The translations under genes were made by a program, and so were the position numbers. A stretch of 63,892 nt of DNA, filler included, from Aduncisulcus paluster (taxonomy: Eukaryota), in the NCBI GenBank assembly GCA_024181965.1. It is 3 parts of 3 records of this genome, joined end to end, with 100 filler letters (N's around TTAATTAATTAA, not from the genome) between each part and the next. Parts side by side here need not be neighbours in the genome. Positions count along the whole stretch, not along the records: positions 1 to 29,466 come from BQXS01012693.1; 2 more parts are not named here. One strand, 5' to 3'. Shown one piece after another: positions 10,648-21,960 of this stretch; positions within the stretch are counted from its first letter, which is position 1, and every line of letters begins with the position of its first letter. The notes under the pieces were generated by a model, which did no database searches, was not told the origin of the DNA, and saw nothing but the letters and a program-made list of their open reading frames with translations.

Positions 10648-11658
10648 GGTAGATCTATGGTTAAAACAAATACGAATAGAATAATTTGATTTTATTTATA
10701 TTGACATTGCCATTGTTATTTGCCTACATAGTATAATATACCAGGTATATACATAACAATGTTATGATAACATGTAATATTATATTATATTAGTAATATT
10801 ATACCAAATTTTACAGAATTCCAAAGATTATTGGTGTTCTCGTTATAGATCATGTCCAGATGTGAATCACGTGAGAAAATAAAGTTAAATGTATTGAGAA
10901 CAACAATTTTGGATCTTAAAATTGGATATAAATTATCATAGAATCAAAATTTCAAACAATTTCATTGACAACTACGTTTCTAGAAAAAATTCTAGAAATT
11001 TTCACTTTACACAAACTTTTAGAACAAGAATAGCTCTAAAAATAGATCAGAACTCAAAATAGAACTATTTGTCAATATGGGCAAAGGTAACAAAAAAAGG
11101 AATAATATATTGTTGATCAGTGAAATCTCTTGCAGAACAATGCTTGATCAAAGAAATACAACACGGAATTATCAAAAAATAGAATTTTCAATGCTTCGAA
11201 ATCATGCAACCTATTCTTTCTCATAATATCACGTTGAGAAACTATCCAACTTTTGGCATGGGACGAGAAACACGGGAAAAAATTCATATTTTGAAAGAGA
11301 AATCCAAATATAGATCACACAGTCGATTAAGGACAAAAAAAAGAGATAATATTAAGAGATAATAATCATCAGTGGACATAAAACGATGTATTTTCAGACA
11401 CATATAGTATAGTATAGTATACTACTGTACAGTACAGAAGACGGATTCATCTCTTTTTCAATTCTAAATTACTTGAAAATAATATTGATGTAGAAAAAAG
11501 AAGAAAGTTAAAAGGTGAAAGAAATGAGAATACAATATAAATTGAAAAAAAAAAAAAAAAGAAGAAAAAGAAGATAAAGAATCATAAAGGTATTCTAGCA
11601 ATTTAGCAACGAATAAAAGATAATATAAAATAACTAAAATATTAATATAATATATTAT

Positions 11659-13506
11659 TCATGCATCGGTGGCCTCAAGGGGATAAGCAGAGGCCGTTGT
11701 TCCAACAAACTCGCTATCATCAATACTCTTCCTGTCTTCTTCAGAGGCAGCCACCAAGAGGGAGTCTCCGTTGTTCATTTTCATGGCTAAGTGCTGAGGA
11801 TGATCTTTGTATCGACCGACTCCATTACGAATGTATGAAGGTCTCAACAAAGTAGCCCAAACAGTCAATAAACCCATCATGATTGCAAATGCCAACAGCG
11901 TGAACCACCAAGGTCCAATCATATCACACAGGGGAACAGCGATTGAAGTCCAAATACCTCCTCCCATGATCACTTCATGGATGATCTGGGCAAGAGAGAA
12001 GGCCTTGAGAACAGGAGTAGTGTTCATGGGATCAACACTCTTCAGAAGCATCAAACCAGTCGCGGCAACTCCACAGGAATGTCCCATCTCGGTCAATGCA
12101 CGCACAAACCAGTAATCTGGACATATGCTTGGTGCTATGAGCCACAAACAACAAACATGCCAGGCGAGTCCACCACATATAACAACCACAAATGGAAGCA
12201 CATCATCAGCAATGGAGGATATGTTGATTGTACTGACAACAGCAGAGATAAGGAAATCGTTTGAGAGGGCCATGATTCTTTCTACACTTCCACGATCAAC
12301 GATGTCATCAGATTCACACTTTCCCATGATAATCTGGATCAAAAGACCACCAATCATTGCCAAGGGGAAGAGGGGGAATGAAGAGAAGAAATGATACTTC
12401 GTCATCGTTGCTGACGTGCTCTCAATCACACATAGAACACATTTAATGAGATAACCAATAAAACAACCACAAGTCAGGATGCCAATGACAAAAGTCATCG
12501 TATCCATGGAGTCGGGCTTGATTGTCAGCCTAGCTCCAATAGGAAGAGATGAGGAATGGGCGTCTGAGTCGAGTGAGGAATCATCACTGGCATGGGATTG
12601 GGCCAACTGGGAAGCTTTTGCTAGGCCTGCTTCTGGTTCACTGGTTCCATAGTTACTGTGGACACTTGGGTCCCTCTTGTGAACATGGGGAGGCTGGTCA
12701 GACTCAGATGACTGTTTGTCACCCTCGATGATAGCAGAATCATGAACCTCATCGTCTCCAAGAGCATCAGTCAGACCCATCAATTCAGAATCTCCATCGG
12801 CATGTTTTTGATATTTGGTCTCACTTTTCTTCTCTCTCCAACTCTTGACGTAAAGTCCATCGTCGCTTTTAATACACGCAATTGAATCTCCAATAAGATG
12901 TTTCTTGTTAGCAATACCAATGAAGATATAACCCATGACAATAGCACCAATAATACCGATAGTGGCAGCAGCAAGAGCAAAATCTTTTCCTTGTGGCCAA
13001 CCAAGACTATCAAAGGTGTCAGCCATTCCAGCAGCAGTACCATGGCCACCTTCAAATCCAATGGGGACAATGCATCCAAAATATGGCGGTAAATCACTGT
13101 ATTTGGGAATCAAACGAACAAGACCACCCAATCCAACACCAACAACATATTGTCCAAATCCAACAAGAAGACCATAGACAAGCTGCGAGGCAGAAATTTC
13201 AATGATTTTTTTGAATGGAGGAATGCGTTCTCCGCTGAAAAGTCCCGCGAAAATGAAACAAATCAAGATGGTTGGCAATCCTTCCCAAACATCGAGATGA
13301 AGGGTGTTATAAAGCCAATCTCCGGCTGTTGACGATATACTAATGAGCTGTACAATAAGAAGACCAATCAAACCAGCAACAACAGATGTTGGAAGGTGGA
13401 TAACTTGGAAAAATTTTACATTCATTCGCAGGATCTTAGATCCCAGAAGAAGAAACGCCAATCCAAACATGGATACAATCACTTGATTAACATCAACGTC
13501 TGTCAT
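11659..13506 (-). CDS. gltS: Sodium/glutamate symporter (GltS/ESS family)
   Basis: LPTSVVAGLIG, GFEGGHGTAAGM, GVAATGLMLLKSVDP motifs; about 12 hydrophobic segments; intronless. Confidence 0.85.
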   Translation of the reverse strand: MTDVDVNQVIVSMFGLAFLLLGSKILRMNVKFFQVIHLPTSVVAGLIGLLIVQLISISSTAGDWLYNTLHLDVWEGLPTILICFIFAGLFSGERIPPFKKIIEISASQLVYGLLVGFGQYVVGVGLGGLVRLIPKYSDLPPYFGCIVPIGFEGGHGTAAGMADTFDSLGWPQGKDFALAAATIGIIGAIVMGYIFIGIANKKHLIGDSIACIKSDDGLYVKSWREKKSETKYQKHADGDSELMGLTDALGDDEVHDSAIIEGDKQSSESDQPPHVHKRDPSVHSNYGTSEPEAGLAKASQLAQSHASDDSSLDSDAHSSSLPIGARLTIKPDSMDTMTFVIGILTCGCFIGYLIKCVLCVIESTSATMTKYHFFSSFPLFPLAMIGGLLIQIIMGKCESDDIVDRGSVERIMALSNDFLISAVVSTINISSIADDVLPFVVVICGGLAWHVCCLWLIAPSICPDYWFVRALTEMGHSCGVAATGLMLLKSVDPMNTTPVLKAFSLAQIIHEVIMGGGIWTSIAVPLCDMIGPWWFTLLAFAIMMGLLTVWATLLRPSYIRNGVGRYKDHPQHLAMKMNNGDSLLVAASEEDRKSIDDSEFVGTTASAYPLEATDA

Positions 13507-13720
13507 TTTTCAATTACAGGTGCCGGAGTGTCAAGAAACGAATTTACTCTAATCATAGCAATTTTTTTAAAAGTCAGAATAATAGAACAAAATCAGAGAT
13601 AAATTATCTGAACTTATACCAATACTGATTTACTTGTGTGAAAATTCAACATAAATCGGAACAAAGATTTTTTTGGAAACTCTCCGGAGGAAATTTATTG
13701 ATACAAGACAAATATTATGG

Positions 13721-14837
13721 TTATTTTCTTCCACCCCGACTAACAGCCATAATTCCACCACTTAAACTTTCCATGATTTGCTCGATTGATGTGCATATTT
13801 GCTCTTCAGCTTTCTCACGAATAGCACTTTCCTGATCTAAATTACCCTTCAATTCTGTAACCATACGTGTTAAATGTTCATGTCTTTTTTGAATTTCTTC
13901 ATTTCTGCTTGTGCTAGCAGCATCGATATCGTCTGTGAGTTTAGTAATTCCAGAATCACGAGAAGCTGTTTCTGTATCAACTTTCTCGCGAAGAAGTCCA
14001 ATTTCTTTGACCAAACGGGTATCCATTTGATCATACACAGACTTGCGAGACTCCTTCTCCATCTCCAACTCATCGTGAAGAGTAGAAATCTCCTTCTCGA
14101 TTCCAGCACGTTGTTCGCCAGAATGATGCTGTCTGGTTTCATCCTCAGTTTTTAACTTCCTGCCGAGGTCGTCCATGTGTTTCTCAAGCTCATCGAGACG
14201 AGGGAGGAACTTTTTCATTAGATCAGTTATCTCGGTCTCAATGCCATCAATAGATTCATCAATGTCCTTTTGGAGAGACAATTGAAGCTTTTTAACCATA
14301 TCTTGGCGTCTTTTAGACTCGAGGGTGATAACTTTGTTCAAATGGGTTATGGCTTCTCTCACAATATCTAATTTCTTTGATTCTTGACTCTGTTTCTGCA
14401 TCATTTCAGTCTCTACACTTTGTTGAAATTGTGCAAGACGGTCTGTTATGCTACTGAGACGATCGATGGATGGAGAAGAGGTGGTCGTTGTGAGCATCTC
14501 AGGACGAAGACCTAAAATAAAAGAGTTAGTTCATTAAAATATTCAAATTGGATTTAATTCAACGAAAAACCGTTTCCATCGGACAACAAAATCAATTTCA
14601 ACAAAAAGAAATGTAATGCATGAAAGTATTAAAAATTAAAGATAATATTACGAAATTTCAAAAATATGAGTTCATTTAGTTCAATAAAAATCTGAATAAT
14701 GGCAAAATTTCAAAGATTTCCAACTCTTTCATTGACCATTGCATAAAGAATGAGGAAAATAAGGAAAGAGTGGAAAAATAAAAGAAAAACATACTTCTTG
14801 ATCCTGGACTAGCAGGTGATGGGGAAGAATATGACAT
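13721..14837 (-). CDS. SF-assemblin / beta-giardin family striated-fibre protein, 2 exons (14837-14795, 14511-13721)
   Basis: S/P-rich head then segmented coiled coil (ITLESKRRQD, ESAIREKAEEQI). GTATGT donor 14794, ACTAAC branch point, TTTAG acceptor 14512, in frame. Confidence 0.85.
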
Positions 14838-15181
14838 ATGTTCCTCTAATGTGAGCAAAATGTAAAAATGTGGCTTTGGGCTTTGACAGGAAATGAAATC
14901 AATCTTCTTCGTGTATTTTGTTATTTATTGCTTATAAGTTGATTCAACAATTGGTTTAATTTCCCATTATGATCTTTCTGATTTCTTAAATATTCTCTAT
15001 GTCAATTGATGATATTTCCATTGATATTTGGGAGAATTTCTAAGTTATATTTATGAGGTCATATCAAGTTTGATAAAATTCCTGCTGTTATATTGATCTC
15101 AATCCTAAATCTCTTTTCTCCGGCAATCTCGTTTTATCTTTTGTTTTTTATGGTTCCGCGTTGCATTTGGATTGGTAATGA

Positions 15182-17134
15182 ATGATACCGTGTGGTAAAT
15201 GTATTTCAGAAAGAGTTGCTTTGTCAATGATTCAATTCTTGGAGGATATATTATCCATTGATGATGATCTCGATTATGCCGAAACTCTCTTTGATCCTGA
15301 GCATGGAAAGCCAATTACACGGGATAGAACATGTTTTTGCTTGGCTAAAACTCATTATTTATCTCCATCGCACCAAACAATTGATAGGGAAAAGATAGAG
15401 ATTCCTTGTTTTGAGCAAATGGAGTCAGAGCACACAAAAATGGAAGAAATCGAATTTTCTAGTAGTGATAAAGATATTCATGATATTTTTGAAATGGTCC
15501 ATCCATTAAAACGGACATCATTCCAATGTTCACAATTTCCCCACTCTTCTCTGCATAAGAACTCAACATCAAAAGAATCAATTACAATTGTATCCAAGAG
15601 AGTTAATTTCTTTTGTCTTTCTCAATCGATAAAGTTTTCTCAAATTTTGCTTCAAATTAGCCATATTAATAGTCTATTTCATTCAAACAAACATGCCACT
15701 AAAAGGGAGTTATATTATACTCACATTGCATTTTTTAGATCTCAAAAACAGTCTGATGAAATTCTTGATTTTATTTGTGATATGTTTGGTGTTCAATTGC
15801 ATGAGCTCCGTGTATGTCCGAGTGTTAAAGGTTTTATTTGTGGAAATATGAATATTCGCATGAAACGGAGTGAAACCAATGAAGAAATGATGGTTAATTC
15901 AATATCTCACATAGAGTCCATTTCTCCTCAAGGTCTATCCCATCTAAAACCCTCTCAGAGAGAAACTTTTGACAAACTCTCTTCTTATGTTTCTCTCTCA
16001 ATTTGCAATGATTCAGTCTCACTTCCTCCCCCTTTTCCTTCTCTAATTACCTCCATTTCCAGCGATGCGAGTTGTATTATTGTTGTTGAAAAAGATACTG
16101 TCTTCCAACACCTTTTTGAAGCCAAGATTGTATCCCAACTCAATGCCATTATGGTTACTGGTCGTGGATATCCCGATACAGTCACTCAATCGATGCTGTA
16201 TAAGCTCACACAGCATCTGCCACATCTGCCTGTATTCTTCCTTGTCGACGGAGATCCTTATGGTCTTGAGATCGCCCTCACGTATGCCTGTGGGACTCTT
16301 GGCACGAGTAAGACCTCATCAGACCAGGGCACCACCGATGGAGTAGCTGCTCTAAGCGATCGTCTCTCGGGTCTTGGCGCTCGTGGGTGTGGAGTGGGAA
16401 AAGGCACTCTTCTTGGAGTGTCTGTTCCTGATATGAAAAGAGTCAGTGATCGAGTGCGAGTTCCTTTGTCTAAAAGGGATGTGGAGAAGTGTCATCATGT
16501 GCAAGGAAGAGTTCTTAATGAACAACGAATGCACGAAGAGCGGAAGAAGCATCAGGACATTGATATGTTTGAAATGGGAAACTATTCGTGTGGGTCTCCA
16601 TTTGACATCCATTTTTCCTCCTCACACTCTGCTAATATATCCTCTCATCACCGTTCCTCTTCATCTTATGAGAATTTCCTCGCAGATGTGTCTGTATCTC
16701 TCAGATATATGCTTATCAACGGTTATAAGGTTGAGTTGGAAGGCTATTCTTCATTGGGCAGAGATGCTATGGGGGAGATTGTATTGGAAAGAATAAGAGA
16801 AAGGTTATTTCTTGGATTGGACACTGGAGAAGGAGAGAAGGAGGAGGAATCGGAATCACACATGGTCATCACTGGTGATGGGCAAGGTATATCAGGATCT
16901 GGGCTATTTTTAGATGGCCACACTGATTCATTGATGATTCCATTATCTTCTTCATCTGGTGTTCATCGAGGATTCAGAGATGTGTCCAAAGCAGGGAATA
17001 TCTCTTTGATAGAAGAAGAAGTACCAACAGAAACGATGATCAGAGATTTGGAGGAGGCTGCAGAGTGTTCTGAAGAATCATCTTGTTTTTCTGATACAAT
17101 CGTGAATAGAACTCATATTAATCGTGTATTATAA
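15182..17134 (+). CDS. SPO11: Spo11 / topoisomerase VI subunit A homolog
   Basis: ATKRELYY (catalytic Tyr), TOPRIM IIVVEKDTVF, TGRGYPD, LVDGDPYGLEI, KVELEG. Confidence 0.93.
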   Translation: MIPCGKCISERVALSMIQFLEDILSIDDDLDYAETLFDPEHGKPITRDRTCFCLAKTHYLSPSHQTIDREKIEIPCFEQMESEHTKMEEIEFSSSDKDIHDIFEMVHPLKRTSFQCSQFPHSSLHKNSTSKESITIVSKRVNFFCLSQSIKFSQILLQISHINSLFHSNKHATKRELYYTHIAFFRSQKQSDEILDFICDMFGVQLHELRVCPSVKGFICGNMNIRMKRSETNEEMMVNSISHIESISPQGLSHLKPSQRETFDKLSSYVSLSICNDSVSLPPPFPSLITSISSDASCIIVVEKDTVFQHLFEAKIVSQLNAIMVTGRGYPDTVTQSMLYKLTQHLPHLPVFFLVDGDPYGLEIALTYACGTLGTSKTSSDQGTTDGVAALSDRLSGLGARGCGVGKGTLLGVSVPDMKRVSDRVRVPLSKRDVEKCHHVQGRVLNEQRMHEERKKHQDIDMFEMGNYSCGSPFDIHFSSSHSANISSHHRSSSSYENFLADVSVSLRYMLINGYKVELEGYSSLGRDAMGEIVLERIRERLFLGLDTGEGEKEEESESHMVITGDGQGISGSGLFLDGHTDSLMIPLSSSSGVHRGFRDVSKAGNISLIEEEVPTETMIRDLEEAAECSEESSCFSDTIVNRTHINRVL

Positions 17135-17547
17135 TGATTAGAGGAAAGATGGATTCACTTGCTAATTAAATCAATTTATTGATATTTGTAATCTCCTATT
17201 TTCGGTTGTTATGCTTTTCGCCATCTCTCTTACTTACATTTCTTCTCTTACTATCACACATGACTGTCATGATGACTCCCAGACTTGAAGTCGTCGTGGT
17301 GTCTTGAAGTGAAAGATGAAGGGTTCAAGGGTGATAATAAATTTATTTTGTACAAAAAGATTGGTTTTGTTGCAGTTGTTTTGGAAGATCTCAAGAGGAT
17401 TGTGACTCACAAGATTCGGAATCGATGATCGATTTTTTTTTTTTCGATGATCTATCTCCCTCTTCATGATGTTTTGAAACATCTTATTTCTGATCACATT
17501 ATTTTCTAATATTTATTATTTGTTCTTGTAAACTCATTTCATTATTT

Positions 17548-18129
17548 ATGACTCAACCACCGTTTTGTTGTATTCCTTCTGGAAGAGCCTTGACCACTGC
17601 TTTTGAACAAAGCCCTATTGATAAAAAGAAATTCCTTCTGAAGATTAACGCGCTGACTTCCATTAAACATATTACTGTGTGTCTTACAGGGGCTATCGAG
17701 CTTCCTGGTGATGCAGGAGCTGCTGTATACTTTTCATTTGATGATGGAAAGAATTTTGAGTTTCTTGGTGGAATTAGTAACTTTAAACCAAGTGCTACTT
17801 TTAGAATGAATTGGTTAAAACGAACAGATGAAGATGCTGACAAGGATGGACTTATTGGATTAATTATAGAACCATTGACGGAGTTAGAGGAGAAACAGAA
17901 ACATAGAATTGAACATTTATCACCCCACAGGGGATATGCCATTGAAAAAGTTGGAAAGAAAGTAGTTGCCAATCAAACTCGTTATCTCTCTTCATTTGCC
18001 GTTTCAGTTCCATCTCTACCGGGAATATCTGGTGGAACTTATATTCCAGAGCGAGCATTCAAGAAATGGATGGATTCTTTTGATCGACGAATCAGATTCA
18101 ATCCTGAATTCTGGTCAGATCTCCCCTAA
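17548..18129 (+). CDS. HIKESHI: Hikeshi/OPI10 (DUF775) Hsp70 nuclear import carrier
   Basis: HITVCLTG..LPGDAGAAVYF...FLGGISNFKPSATFR and FKKWMDSFDRRIRFNPEFW. Confidence 0.88.
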   Translation: MTQPPFCCIPSGRALTTAFEQSPIDKKKFLLKINALTSIKHITVCLTGAIELPGDAGAAVYFSFDDGKNFEFLGGISNFKPSATFRMNWLKRTDEDADKDGLIGLIIEPLTELEEKQKHRIEHLSPHRGYAIEKVGKKVVANQTRYLSSFAVSVPSLPGISGGTYIPERAFKKWMDSFDRRIRFNPEFWSDLP

Positions 18130-18219
18130 GAATTCAAATAATATTCAGATATTTATTAAATTTATTTATAGAAAGAGTGAAAAAAAAAAGATAATCATAT
18201 TATTATATCAATAAACTTA

Positions 18220-21200
18220 CTATTTAGATGTTGATGCGTACCACCATTTCTTCCCCTCTCCTTGAAGGGCATCACATACAATCACTTCAGTCAGCAGTTT
18301 TCGAGCCTTCTCACGGTTATCAATCACCCTTTTATACTTGTTAAAGAAAGAGGTCAGTTTGATAGCAATAGCAATTTTATCCCTGGACATATTCCCACGA
18401 TGAAGGACACTCAAAGCCTCATGGATGACCTGTGTGACGATCGAATGGACAGACACTTTAGAACAGAGCCCACCGCAACATTTCTCTTTTGGTCCCAAGC
18501 TCCCTTCCTTGTCAGAAGATGACCAACCATCGAATGATGTCACATGGAGATGAGCAGTTCGGAGAAGCGACACAAGGGACTTGGCATCACCAGAATCGAA
18601 CTCCTCAATGCATCGGAGCATCTCATGTTGCATCGTTCTCGATGACCACACATATGGAACCTCAGAACCACGGAGAACACGACCAGAAGCAGAGAGAACA
18701 GCACCAGATGATTGCATGACGGGAGGGAGTATCTGCGAATCGGAGGAAGGGTCACAAAATATGTCACTAGCAGTCATCCAAGCCTTTGTCAAATGTCCAG
18801 AGGAGGATATTAAAGCAGAATCGTGTTTTGAACGATCGGACTGAGAGGCTATCGAGCTTTGGAAGAGGGCAGGGCTGTTATTCATGGAAGAAGATGATGA
18901 AGAAGCTTGTGGGAACCCACGCTTTCCACGTCCAACGCTTCCACTCCTTGTGAAAGCACCACTTCGATCCATTGACACTCCAAGACTTCTCCCAAGTCCA
19001 ATAGCAGAGTTTCTGATGCTTGAATCCTTCTGGGAAGTCCAATCCATCGCATGACAAAGAATGCCGGAATATACATTCACACATTCTCGTAAAATCCGGC
19101 ATAGTGAGACATAGAATACGATTAACCGATCATCAACAGAAGGATGAGCAGGCTCTGGTGGTGTTTGTAAGACAAAACACTTCAAAGCTTCTTGAGCGGC
19201 CCTTACATTAATTTCTTTTTTGGATCCATCCAACCAAATACACTGCTTGAGACATTCAGCCAGATTGATCAAGAAATACAAACGAACATTCGACTCATTG
19301 GTTAACCTTGACACCATTTCATCGGCTGTACAACTCACAGACCACCACCGAAGGGCAAGACAGGCGGAGAACAGTCCGAACGATGTTATATACTGACGAT
19401 CAGATGCAGATAGTGAGATAGATGAGGACTGTTTGTCGCCTGTGGCTGGATGAACAAGGGAAGAGAGAGACAGGGGCTCCTTCTTGGAGGCAGTTAAGGT
19501 CGAAGAGGAGGATGAAGAGCCAAACAAGGAAGAGCGGGAGGAATGTGAAGAGGGCTTGGTACAGTGATTGGAGGAAGAAAAAGGATGTTTAGCGAAGTGT
19601 GAGGCTTCAGAAGAGGCTTGAGTCGCAATATAAGCACCAAGAAGACCCTTTGTCACAGCATTCACCTCGACGGAGTGCAATTCCATCAATAAAAGGGAGA
19701 GATTGAATATATTATCGAATTTGGCATCAAGATCATACACTTCAGTGAGATCAGAGGTAGCTAAAGCACTCTTATTGGATCCTTTGGATAGGAGAGTAGA
19801 GGTATCAATGACATCGCTAGAAAATGTAACACGACGTTTGGATTTTATAGCTTTGGAATCATCCTTCGATATTTTGAATGAAGTTTCAGACGACTTTGAG
19901 ATCTTCCTTAGTTTCTTGTCAATGGCATTTTTCCGTTTTTTTCGGATTTGTTCTTGCAACTTAACGTTGTCTTTCTTTAATCGTTCAACTGAAATCACTT
20001 CAGAGAGGATACAGTGACGGATAGAATCATTCTTATGCAATAAAGTAGCATTAAAGGTTGTTCCGGCGCTTGAATCGGCAAGACAGAGTCCTCCACATAT
20101 TCCCATAAGCTTGGAGGCGAGCTCTGGTGGAATGCACGTCAACGGGGACTTGCAAGAGAATGACAAGAGACTTTGGGAGAGGAATCTAAAGTCTCTGAGG
20201 GCACAACAATAGTTCACACACCAACGAGTGAGAATCTCTTTAACCTTGGATACTGATGTATTCGTCAAGGAGGGGATATCTTCAGAAACAGAGGCAACTC
20301 CATCAGCATCTTCAGATTCTTCGGATGCACTCAGATCATCCTCTTCTTCACCAACTTGCTTTGAGGATGCAAGGAGAACTGCATATTCCTTGGCCTTTTT
20401 CCGGCAATCTTCAGTCTCACATATTCCACAGACAACAGAGCATATAAATTGGAAAACATACCACATATCTAAGAAATGGGACTGACTTGGATCGAATAAT
20501 GCCGGATTATCACATAATTGATCATGATGAGAATGAGGACGGAGCATATTGTCACCAGAGACCAATGAAATGCTATCTTCGGTGGAGGTGGCGGCAAGTG
20601 AACTTGAGGCTATGTCGCCATTACGAACTCTCCCTTTGGAGAAAGAGGAAGCGAATAATGATGGCTGGTGGGAGATGGCTGAGCTAGAGAAGAGATGAGC
20701 GGATGATCTGGATTGAGAAGTTCTGGAACTATCTTTGGAGGATGAGCCAGATTGAAGTCTGTTTTTATGCGTAGAATAAGTATGGGATTCACAGCCTGGA
20801 AGTCTCAAAGCCTTGCCCCGGGAAGCAGCTTCGTTGACACTAAGGAAAATGGGAGAGCAAGCAAACTTGTAACAAAACTCAACAATCTCATCGGGATCTC
20901 CCTTAATCATGCTAATATGAATGCGGGAAAGGGGAGTTTTGTATTTTTCTGGGACAAAATCTAATATTTCATTCAATGAACGTTCTGGGAGAAAATGATC
21001 CGGATATGGAATGGAAGAAGAGGAATTGAGCAATGTATTGTATCTCTCAATGTCATGATTGAGAGCTTTAAGGATAATTGATTCAGAAAGGATGCATCTA
21101 CTTAAAATCCACATCATGTTGAATGAGACAGGACCTCCCATCTTCTTGGCAATTAATTCAGTCAATTTGGCATCAGATTTTGTCAAAATATCATATCGCC

Positions 21201-21768
21201 CGGCAAATATGGCATATAATACGCGCTCAACGTCAAGAGTGGCAGGAGAATCTACAATTTCATTAGCGGCAACAAGCCAAGCAGAAAGGTTCGAACATCC
21301 AATGCCACCAATTCCAGTTCCAATGACGGGGTCAGATAGTTCATCATCTGAAAGATCATCATCAGTATCTCTAAACTCTGTTGCGTCGAGAGGATCATCC
21401 AAAGGAGATTCCTTGTCATCAAATGAACGAGGTCCTTTCGAAATACCACTCGCAACATCAAATATTTCTTCATATGTTGATAAAAAATCAAAAATCCCCT
21501 GTAATGTCAAAGCTCTAAGCGGATGCTTTGCTTGGATTGTTAACTCAATGGCTTTTTCGAAATTGCCACCTCTTAGAAATGTAAGAATAGATAATAATAA
21601 CATATTTTCCATATTCTCATCTTTCAGCTTTGGGTTAGTTACAGAATCATAGAAACAAGAATGGACGATCTCTGGATTGGATAAAACTCGCTTTTCTTGA
21701 ATTGCCTGGCAATATTCTGATACACGCCATTGCTCTTCAAGCCAACGTGCCAATTTTCTTATCACCAT
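18220..21768 (-). CDS. NUP107: Nucleoporin Nup107/Nup84-like, divergent with Ser-rich insertions; 5' end uncertain
   Basis: LLLSILTFLRGGNFEKAIEL...HPLRALTLQG and ERVLYAIFAGRY match the Nup107 pattern LFTLIRAG..EEA...WRAATLEG / ERAIYAALSG. Confidence 0.65.
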   Translation of the reverse strand: MVIRKLARWLEEQWRVSEYCQAIQEKRVLSNPEIVHSCFYDSVTNPKLKDENMENMLLLSILTFLRGGNFEKAIELTIQAKHPLRALTLQGIFDFLSTYEEIFDVASGISKGPRSFDDKESPLDDPLDATEFRDTDDDLSDDELSDPVIGTGIGGIGCSNLSAWLVAANEIVDSPATLDVERVLYAIFAGRYDILTKSDAKLTELIAKKMGGPVSFNMMWILSRCILSESIILKALNHDIERYNTLLNSSSSIPYPDHFLPERSLNEILDFVPEKYKTPLSRIHISMIKGDPDEIVEFCYKFACSPIFLSVNEAASRGKALRLPGCESHTYSTHKNRLQSGSSSKDSSRTSQSRSSAHLFSSSAISHQPSLFASSFSKGRVRNGDIASSSLAATSTEDSISLVSGDNMLRPHSHHDQLCDNPALFDPSQSHFLDMWYVFQFICSVVCGICETEDCRKKAKEYAVLLASSKQVGEEEDDLSASEESEDADGVASVSEDIPSLTNTSVSKVKEILTRWCVNYCCALRDFRFLSQSLLSFSCKSPLTCIPPELASKLMGICGGLCLADSSAGTTFNATLLHKNDSIRHCILSEVISVERLKKDNVKLQEQIRKKRKNAIDKKLRKISKSSETSFKISKDDSKAIKSKRRVTFSSDVIDTSTLLSKGSNKSALATSDLTEVYDLDAKFDNIFNLSLLLMELHSVEVNAVTKGLLGAYIATQASSEASHFAKHPFSSSNHCTKPSSHSSRSSLFGSSSSSSTLTASKKEPLSLSSLVHPATGDKQSSSISLSASDRQYITSFGLFSACLALRWWSVSCTADEMVSRLTNESNVRLYFLINLAECLKQCIWLDGSKKEINVRAAQEALKCFVLQTPPEPAHPSVDDRLIVFYVSLCRILRECVNVYSGILCHAMDWTSQKDSSIRNSAIGLGRSLGVSMDRSGAFTRSGSVGRGKRGFPQASSSSSSMNNSPALFQSSIASQSDRSKHDSALISSSGHLTKAWMTASDIFCDPSSDSQILPPVMQSSGAVLSASGRVLRGSEVPYVWSSRTMQHEMLRCIEEFDSGDAKSLVSLLRTAHLHVTSFDGWSSSDKEGSLGPKEKCCGGLCSKVSVHSIVTQVIHEALSVLHRGNMSRDKIAIAIKLTSFFNKYKRVIDNREKARKLLTEVIVCDALQGEGKKWWYASTSK

Positions 21769-21960
21769 GCTCTCTGCGCGTTCAAAATGGAAGATTCATC
21801 AAAACTCCTTGTAATCATCTTAAAAGACAAAAATGTTCTTAAAAATAGAAAAGTGAATGAATATAGATACTATTTAATCCCTTTGTTATTAAATTATTAA
21901 AGGGGAAACGATACGGACTCTTGATTCTCGATATTGGCAACATCCAAATATTATTCAAAA

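Noticed and set aside
11403..11437. TAGTA/TAGTAC short repeats downstream of genes (also 830-848, 5601-5625) as a 3' processing signal
   Set aside because: Low complexity and inconsistent orientation relative to the genes
17548..21768. Functional clustering of nuclear-transport genes (Hikeshi, Nup107)
   Set aside because: Convergent neighbours in a gene-dense genome; no evidence beyond chance
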